From the IMG/VR virus record IMGVR_UViG_3300046171_000173, positions 15,594-79,593 of that record: 64,000 nucleotides of DNA. One strand, written 5' to 3'. The position numbers and the translations under genes were made by a program. This DNA is from a virus. Of the stretch, positions 58,428 to 64,000 are shown in pieces (the first letter of the stretch is position 1; every line of letters begins with the position of its first letter). The notes beneath the pieces are model-generated. The model was given only the letters and a program-made list of their open reading frames with translations. It was not told the origin of the DNA and searched no databases.

Positions 58428-58534
58428 TCAGATTTTTTAGTTTTTATCGATTTTGGGTGAATTGCAGGATATTCACTTACTAATATTTTGCCACTTTTGA
58501 CAAATTCCTTACTCTTATCAACTTTTACAACCAT
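58424..58534 (-). CDS. Small hypothetical protein (36 aa, MVVKVDKSKEFVKSG...)
   Basis: GGAGG RBS; ATGA overlap with speD. Confidence 0.55.
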   Translation of the reverse strand: MVVKVDKSKEFVKSGKILVSEYPAIHPKSIKTKKSE

Positions 58535-58556
58535 TTTGCCTCCATTGTTACAATAT

Positions 58557-59288
58557 TTATCCAATATCTTCTGGTGAAGGGATACCTTTACTTTCTACAA
58601 AGGACTTATCGTTAGTTTCATAGTCCCAATTTTCTTCATTTTTGCGTTCTTTAGATGTTTTCCAGAAATAATTGTCCTCTGAACCCAATCCATCACGATC
58701 ATGACCATTCTCAACCTGATAGTACACTGTTGATACCTTAAAATCAGGTACTTTTGGCTCTTCTGGAGTAATACTGTTGTCATAGATACGCATTCTATTG
58801 TTTGGATAAAGACAAAACTGCCCATTATCCAACTCTAAGAGGTTATGAGACTTATGTTCGGCAGGTTGTTCACTTGTAGAGTAGTCAATTGCGTCTACAT
58901 CTTGATGATAGTTATCTAAGGTGCAAATATAAGTACCTGTTTGATTACCAAAGTCTCTTGTCATCACTTCAAAGTGCATTGAACCGATAAATTGCTTCTG
59001 AACTGCTACCACACCATAGTCCATACAGTTCCAAAACTGTAAATTATGTAATGTCATATCTGGTGTAGGAGTTTCTGGATCGCTTGTAAACGCAGAGATT
59101 GGTAACTTATCGAACATTGCTGCATATTCAGGTAAATATGTTTCAAAATAAAATGCTCGACCGGGTATACTCTTCGCAGATACCCATACTCCCTTTACAA
59201 ATTCGCCATGACCACTCTTATGGTCGGTTAAGTATTCTTTTCTTACCCATACCTCATAAGAAGGTAAATTCGCAATTAGACAAGACAT
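58557..59288 (-). CDS. Conserved cyanophage hypothetical protein
   Basis: WVRKEYL.DH..GHGEF, EHKSHN, YPNNR. Confidence 0.75.
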   Translation of the reverse strand: MSCLIANLPSYEVWVRKEYLTDHKSGHGEFVKGVWVSAKSIPGRAFYFETYLPEYAAMFDKLPISAFTSDPETPTPDMTLHNLQFWNCMDYGVVAVQKQFIGSMHFEVMTRDFGNQTGTYICTLDNYHQDVDAIDYSTSEQPAEHKSHNLLELDNGQFCLYPNNRMRIYDNSITPEEPKVPDFKVSTVYYQVENGHDRDGLGSEDNYFWKTSKERKNEENWDYETNDKSFVESKGIPSPEDIG

Positions 59289-59426
59289 TTATTTACCCTG
59301 CCCTCTTGGTCTTTTACGAGCCGAGTTACGCGAGGTAGCCGCATATTTCGAGTGCTTTCCAGTTCCTTGTCGAGTTTTTTTGGGATGAGTTTGAATACTT
59401 TCACCCATACTGTATGTTTTTGCCAT
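59289..59426 (-). CDS. Small basic protein (45 aa, ...PKKTRQGTGKHSKY..RPRGQGK)
   Basis: Read manually; coupled to both neighbours. Confidence 0.65.
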   Translation of the reverse strand: MAKTYSMGESIQTHPKKTRQGTGKHSKYAATSRNSARKRPRGQGK

Positions 59427-59593
59427 TAGTCTGTTTGTTCAATCATTTCAGTTGTAAATTCACTGGGATCATTTTTCCCTGTGAGGTAGAATTCGACTGC
59501 ATAGTCTTGCATTCGATCAAAGTATTCTCTTTCTGATAAGTCTGAGAACACTGCCTTTCCATTTTTAAGTATTGTATACTTAGTTTCACGCAT
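59426..59593 (-). CDS. Small hypothetical protein (55 aa, MRETKYTILKNG...)
   Basis: Read manually; TAATG overlap. Confidence 0.6.
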   Translation of the reverse strand: MRETKYTILKNGKAVFSDLSEREYFDRMQDYAVEFYLTGKNDPSEFTTEMIEQTD

Positions 59594-59666
59594 GCGGGTT
59601 ATAGTAAGTAACTACGACGAGTATGATAAAGAGTATCAATAATATTGAAAAGAATGTAATGACCAT
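59586..59666 (-). CDS. 26 aa single-transmembrane microprotein
   Basis: MVITFFSILLILFIILVVVTYYNPHA; TAATG overlap with the upstream gene. Confidence 0.5.
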   Translation of the reverse strand: MVITFFSILLILFIILVVVTYYNPHA

Positions 59667-60505
59667 TAGATTACCCTTGTTTTCTCATGTCCGACACGAA
59701 TCCGAGGATCGCACCAGATTTCATAACCTGCTTCTTTGGCATCGAGACAGAACGAGACATCTTCGCCACACATATCCTGTACAGCACCAGACTCAAAGAC
59801 CTGCATCTTTGGAGCAAACCAAGGATAAGGTAGGTTCTTGTCTTCAAACACACCTTTCTGTATGAGTAACCAACCGAATCCTGCATAGTCAACAGTGAAT
59901 GGTTTCTTTCTCTTCTGTATTGTTTCGAGAGTCTCGTGATTCATCACACCTCCATTTGATGAGAAGTCCTCTTCATCTAACCAGTGAGCAACCGATGTAG
60001 TACGACCATCTTCAGTACAGTACCAACCAGATACAATTGGTCTTGTCTTTGCATCATCAACTATTAAATTCTGTCCAACGACCTTATCATTCTCGATTAC
60101 ATTCTCCTTTCTGACTGCTTCTGCAGGAACTGAGTTTAAAACTAACTGATAAAACTTTGCGGTATCAAAAACAATATCACTATCAATCCATAACTGCCAG
60201 TCATACTCTAACTTACCATCCCAAGGTAACTGATCAGGGCCTCGAAGAACATTTGCACCTAAACACTTACACCGAGCAAAGTTCACCATTGAAGAATAAT
60301 CCTGAGATATCTGTATTCCTCCACCTGCTTGTACAATATCAAAACATAACTGTACGAAATTCTTTAAGTAAACATAAGAAACTCCTCTGCCGGGTAAACA
60401 GAAGACAATCTTTTTTCCTCTTATCAATTGCTTTGCTAATTCATAGTCCCACTCTGGTTCTTTCTGAGTCGGTGCCTTTGATTTAACCTTAAAACCTTTT
60501 GCCAT
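59666..60505 (-). CDS. GT-A-fold glycosyltransferase-like conserved cyanophage protein
   Basis: WIDSD (DxD), GFGWLLI, GEDVSFC, VGHEK. Confidence 0.65.
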   Translation of the reverse strand: MAKGFKVKSKAPTQKEPEWDYELAKQLIRGKKIVFCLPGRGVSYVYLKNFVQLCFDIVQAGGGIQISQDYSSMVNFARCKCLGANVLRGPDQLPWDGKLEYDWQLWIDSDIVFDTAKFYQLVLNSVPAEAVRKENVIENDKVVGQNLIVDDAKTRPIVSGWYCTEDGRTTSVAHWLDEEDFSSNGGVMNHETLETIQKRKKPFTVDYAGFGWLLIQKGVFEDKNLPYPWFAPKMQVFESGAVQDMCGEDVSFCLDAKEAGYEIWCDPRIRVGHEKTRVI

Positions 60506-60527
60506 AATTAATTCATTACATAATTAT

Positions 60528-60556
60528 ATTTTACATCAATATCTATGCAATGTCAA
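60528..60556 (-). promoter_or_regulatory. Sigma70-type promoter
   Basis: TTGACA-N17-TAAAAT, 22 nt upstream of the ATG at 60505. Confidence 0.7.
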
Positions 60557-60735
60557 TAAGAACTTTCTTCTAATGTTGTAACTAAATCTTTCGTGTTTTC
60601 CGTAACACATGAGTAGGTTATCTCTTCTTTCCAATAAGAAGTATAAAGTTTATTCCATATAATATCAAACTCGTGTTGATCTAAATTTTTAAATAGACAC
60701 TTATCGTTTAAGTAGATGTGGTAGGTATTACACAT
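60553..60735 (-). CDS. Hypothetical protein
   Basis: YHIYLNDKCLFKNL; coupled ORF. Confidence 0.6.
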   Translation of the reverse strand: MCNTYHIYLNDKCLFKNLDQHEFDIIWNKLYTSYWKEEITYSCVTENTKDLVTTLEESSY

Positions 60736-61234
60736 GATGTACGATTGGTTTGTATTTGTTAATTATACTATACAATACTGTATTCTGTCCAGCAGACACA
60801 GGTACAAACTCAGTCTTTTGATTAAAGTCTTTGTCTCGTACTGCCTGATTAATTACAATCGATCCATTTGCTCCTGAGATAGAGCGATGGTATGTTTCTT
60901 TCGGAATGATAAGTGCTCCACTATCTCGATTCAGTTCTACAATATGATAGGGATTCGTCCACTTCGGATTAATTAACTCAAAAGTTCTCTTTCCTGCTAA
61001 AACACGATTATAATCAACCTGATGATAATGAATATAGAACTGCTTTGCTCCAATCAAATCATCAGGAGGACTAATGGCAGGGCCTGTGTGCTCAACCAAA
61101 TCTGTGGCATTACTGTCTTCAACTGATATATCGTAGAATATTACATCTTGAGTTTCACGAAACACTTTGTGCTTTGCGAAAGTAATCTCCAGATAATCTT
61201 CACTCATCACTTTCTGTGATAATAACTTCGTCAC
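60728..61234 (-). CDS. Cupin-like hypothetical protein (probable start ~61207)
   Basis: FYIHYHQVD...LIIP..YHRS His pattern. Confidence 0.55.
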   Translation of the reverse strand: MTKLLSQKVMSEDYLEITFAKHKVFRETQDVIFYDISVEDSNATDLVEHTGPAISPPDDLIGAKQFYIHYHQVDYNRVLAGKRTFELINPKWTNPYHIVELNRDSGALIIPKETYHRSISGANGSIVINQAVRDKDFNQKTEFVPVSAGQNTVLYSIINKYKPIVHHV

Positions 61235-61373
61235 CGTCTGTTTTCCAACTTAACTTTGTATCTTCATACCAATCCATTTCATTGATAATCCACTCTGGTA
61301 TTATAACATGATACTCTCCAGTTACCATATCAACTTCTATGGAAGAAAAATAGCCCCCGGAATTTTTTAGCAT
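61200..61373 (-). CDS. AbrB/MazE-like small DNA-binding protein
   Basis: GEYHVIIPEWIINEMDWYEDTKLSW...VII pattern. Confidence 0.55.
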   Translation of the reverse strand: MLKNSGGYFSSIEVDMVTGEYHVIIPEWIINEMDWYEDTKLSWKTDGDEVIITESDE

Positions 61374-61537
61374 CGAATGAAATCTTATAGTCGTTTTTAT
61401 ATAGCGAAAAAAAATTTTAGAGTTCGTGTAATTTATGTCTCGCTTTCGTAACACTTTGTAGACTAGGGGTGTCACGCATTTTCATATCAGGGGGCATCAA
61501 CCCCCCGATCGCTGCCACTGCACGAACGAACGAATGG

Positions 61538-62482
61538 CTACCCCCGTGCCATTCGACTGTGATTAAAATTTATATGGGCTGAACACCTCTCTGTTTATTA
61601 ACTTATAAGTTCCAAACCCATTATCAAAGACATACCCCTCATGCTCTGCTTCGTCACCTTGAAAGTAAACTTCTATGCTGTGGTCATGTCTGCACTGATA
61701 TAAGCACTCTTCTTTCATGAACTTAACCAGTAAGCCATAAGACGGATCAGGTTTATATCACATACCTCTGCGAACAGTTCCGGGCTCAATCTCCAACCCC
61801 TCACGAATACAACTGTTAAACATTTTTTTAATCTCTGCTGCTTCCTTCTCTGTTACAAACTCAACGGATGCTGCGATCTGTCGGGCAAACTCTACACGGT
61901 TTCCTAACTGGAACATAGTGTTTTTTTGCTCCAACTGGTTATAAGTAGCCTGTGTATATGTACGCATTCGGTTGAACGAAGCGACAGCCATCGGTTGACT
62001 TCAACTCACCCTTATTGATTGGCAACCCGTAAGCATCCTTTAAGACCCGTCTTCACCAATTCATAACGAGTATGTGGAGCCACGATGATGTCCTCCTGTA
62101 TATGCTTCGGGAACATATAGGTTAATGTATTGGGTGTATATTCCCTCTCACCACCGAAACCGATAAAATCACCCTGATAGATGTATTTTGTATCAGGTAG
62201 GTTATCTAAACAGAAAATTAGGATCTGCGCAAGCATTGGGACAGCATGATAAAACTTTCAATGTCTGCGTGATTCTCACATATGATAGGTCTTTTCTTAT
62301 TAAAAACGGACTTGGTACCCACGAACTGGTGGCCGGTCTTTGGATTGCGTCCCCATACAACAGCGGGAGCTCCATCAATTTTAACGGATAAACGACCCTG
62401 GTGATTGAAACCAGCCGAAGATATCCAGATCACCCGTGAGGATTGTGTCCTCTGGGTGTTCGATGTGCTTAATGTTTGTCAT
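61538..62482 (-). CDS. DUF6267-like protein with ligase/nucleotidyltransferase-like motifs (heavily frameshifted)
   Basis: KHIEHPED start; SVKIDGAPAVVWG, FVGTKSVFNK, YQGDF, HEGYV and YKLINR in successive frames. Confidence 0.65.
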
Positions 62483-62718
62483 TATGCGTACCTCCCTGCT
62501 GGATGTGGGTTAGATGGTGTGCAACCGAAAGAGGCGAAGAACGCATCCATCTGCTCAAGGTTTAAATCTGGATCATCAAAATCAACCTTTGCGATTGATT
62601 GGACTCCCCACTCTGCAACCTCATCTATAAAGGTGTCGAAGTCTTCACATACATAAGCAACATTTTCAAAGTTGCCTACTTCCTTGATTCTGTTGATAAG
62701 TCTTTCTGTTTTTGTCAT
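62482..62718 (-). CDS. Small early hypothetical protein
   Basis: Downstream of a promoter cassette; TAATG-coupled to the next gene. Confidence 0.65.
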   Translation of the reverse strand: MTKTERLINRIKEVGNFENVAYVCEDFDTFIDEVAEWGVQSIAKVDFDDPDLNLEQMDAFFASFGCTPSNPHPAGRYA

Positions 62719-62805
62719 TTGGGGGAAATTCGTTTGTATACTAATATTATAAAGGATGAAAGGGGCATTTGTAAGTACCCCTTGTGCCAGTTTGTTAACT
62801 GTCTA
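62719..62805 (-). promoter_or_regulatory. Early promoter cassette
   Basis: Palindrome 62784-62805, hairpin 62760-62783, TATAAT 62746-62751, C5 tract 62721-62725. Confidence 0.8.
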
Positions 62806-63010
62806 AATGTGCTTCCACTAACTGTGAGATGTCGTTTAATACATCTAAGTAAAGATAATTTGCGGATTTTAATAGATCCACTCCATCACACATTGGATAG
62901 TTTCCGCTGTCTTCTGCTTCTGCAACGACTTCTGCCACGCATGCTTTCATTAATCCTTCATTAGTCAATTCGTAGTTTGTAGGATCGATGTAAGTAAAAA
63001 ATCTGTTCAT
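62795..63010 (-). CDS. Small early hypothetical protein (MNRFFTYIDP...)
   Basis: ATG at 63010 lies downstream of TATAAT and the C-tract. Confidence 0.6.
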   Translation of the reverse strand: MNRFFTYIDPTNYELTNEGLMKACVAEVVAEAEDSGNYPMCDGVDLLKSANYLYLDVLNDISQLVEAHLDS

Positions 63011-63085
63011 AATCAATGGGGGTTTGTTTATACTACTATTATAGGAACAGATGCCCACGACTGCGAGCACCTGTAACAAAACTTA
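63011..63085 (-). promoter_or_regulatory. Early promoter cassette (variant upstream box)
   Basis: TTAAGTTTTGTTACA box, hairpin 63048-63073, TATAAT 63038-63043, C5 tract 63018-63022. Confidence 0.7.
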
Positions 63086-63541
63086 ATTGGGTAAGTAACC
63101 GGCTACTTCCATACCCGGCTCATCATAAAACCAACTGATTCCAACATCTGGATAGTCTTCGCGGATTTTGTCAAAGATTCCAGATGCAGGGGCCCATGCG
63201 GTTTGAAACTCAAACTCTGCGTAACTTTCGTCCACTTCCGCACCAACTAAGTTGATATCCCACTTAGTTCCCCAGTTATTAATACACCAGTGATACCAGC
63301 GATCGTCGTTTTTGTCATCTGGGAAATCATAGGTAATTGTAATAATTTCGCCTTTGTCGTTTTTCATTTCCCTTTTTACTGGAAGTTCGCCTTTATCGTT
63401 TGGAATTGTTTTCCAGTCTGGTTGAGGATAGATTTCGTTAAAAGGTCTTTCAACTTGAAATTTAGCCACAAGTTTCTGAAACTGGGAATCATCTTCAGTG
63501 TTGGATGAGATTGTAACTCTGTTAGTGCACCAATTTGGCAT
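63083..63541 (-). CDS. YubB/Api92-type ferredoxin-like-fold early protein
   Basis: MPNWCTN, WYHWCINNWGTKWD, FQTAWAP, YDEPGM..AG. Confidence 0.75.
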   Translation of the reverse strand: MPNWCTNRVTISSNTEDDSQFQKLVAKFQVERPFNEIYPQPDWKTIPNDKGELPVKREMKNDKGEIITITYDFPDDKNDDRWYHWCINNWGTKWDINLVGAEVDESYAEFEFQTAWAPASGIFDKIREDYPDVGISWFYDEPGMEVAGYLPN

Positions 63542-63627
63542 AATCTTAATGGGGGTTGTTATACTTTATTATAATAGAAAATCCCCCAAAAAACTGGGGA
63601 TCAATGTGACAGTAATTAAACTGTCAT
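63542..63627 (-). promoter_or_regulatory. Early promoter cassette
   Basis: Palindrome 63606-63627, hairpin 63581-63601, TATAAT 63568-63573, C5 tract 63551-63555. Confidence 0.8.
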
Positions 63628-63951
63628 ACCTGAGACGAAAGGAACCACTTGACCTGTTAGTCTGTCAGATACGAACCACTCCCAGTTCTTTTGAAAAATA
63701 CCCATGCTCGGAACGAACTCATCTAAAAGTGCGTTAAGTCTGGATTTTGTGGTCACGGACTGCCACCCACCATCTTTGATAGTGAGTTTGTGGGTTGCTG
63801 TATCTAAAGATGCAATGTGGTTTCCATGTAGGAAAACATCAACATCAGTTGTAACACCATTTGTCTTGAAGCATTTTACCATAGTGTTTTGCTTTGACAT
63901 GTTGCGTCTGTAACGGATCGCTGTGTTCATGTCTCTTTCAATTTTGCGCAT
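63616..63951 (-). CDS. Conserved early hypothetical protein
   Basis: MRKIE..M, VFLHGNHIA, DGGWQSVTTKSRLNALL, FQKNWEWF. Confidence 0.75.
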   Translation of the reverse strand: MRKIERDMNTAIRYRRNMSKQNTMVKCFKTNGVTTDVDVFLHGNHIASLDTATHKLTIKDGGWQSVTTKSRLNALLDEFVPSMGIFQKNWEWFVSDRLTGQVVPFVSGMTV

Positions 63952-64000
63952 AACTTAAGGGGGTGATTGTTTGCTTACTCCTATTATAACCGATAGGAAA

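Noticed and set aside
1200-63913. Numerous plus-strand ORFs of 60-137 aa
   Set aside because: They are antisense shadows of minus-strand genes with no recognisable motifs or start signals
1-64000. Stop-codon reassignment
   Set aside because: Breaks are frame changes rather than in-frame stops (one exception at 17864), and TAA, TAG and TGA all end intact genes
1-64000. tRNA, rRNA, CRISPR array, integrase, reverse transcriptase or DGR
   Set aside because: None recognised by eye; a tRNAscan/Infernal run would be needed to exclude small RNAs

Overview
A 64 kb segment of a T4-like cyanomyovirus genome. The host is probably marine Prochlorococcus or Synechococcus, inferred from pebS, the cyanophage-type gene order and the AT-rich sequence. 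All credible genes are on the minus strand. Read in transcription order (high to low coordinates) it contains: a cluster of small early genes (61.2-64 kb), each with a repeated promoter cassette; speD; baseplate genes (gp25, gp6, a 12 kb gp7-like gene, gp8, a VrlC-like gene); neck, tail and packaging genes (gp13-gp19); head genes (gp20-gp23); a small-ORF island (13.2-15.2 kb); gp3, uvsY, peptide deformylase, uvsW, gp55, gp47 and gp46; an epimerase; a vWA/CobS AAA+ pair; pebS; and the gp45 clamp. Many essential genes are split by single-base indels, most likely long-read sequencing errors. The most interesting unexplained signals are: (1) an early-gene cassette of palindrome + hairpin + TATAAT + a C-tract where a Shine-Dalgarno would be; (2) a candidate capsid-packaged, protease-processed cargo system made of a modular basic polyprotein between gp16 and gp17 plus two ORFs with T4 capsid-targeting-like N-termini; (3) an NtcA-box / Met-His minigene / Cys-rich microprotein unit; (4) a TGACAA array with an antisense promoter upstream of the late sigma factor; (5) an RBS-sequestering hairpin containing a late promoter. 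All family assignments are from motif recognition; no searches were run.
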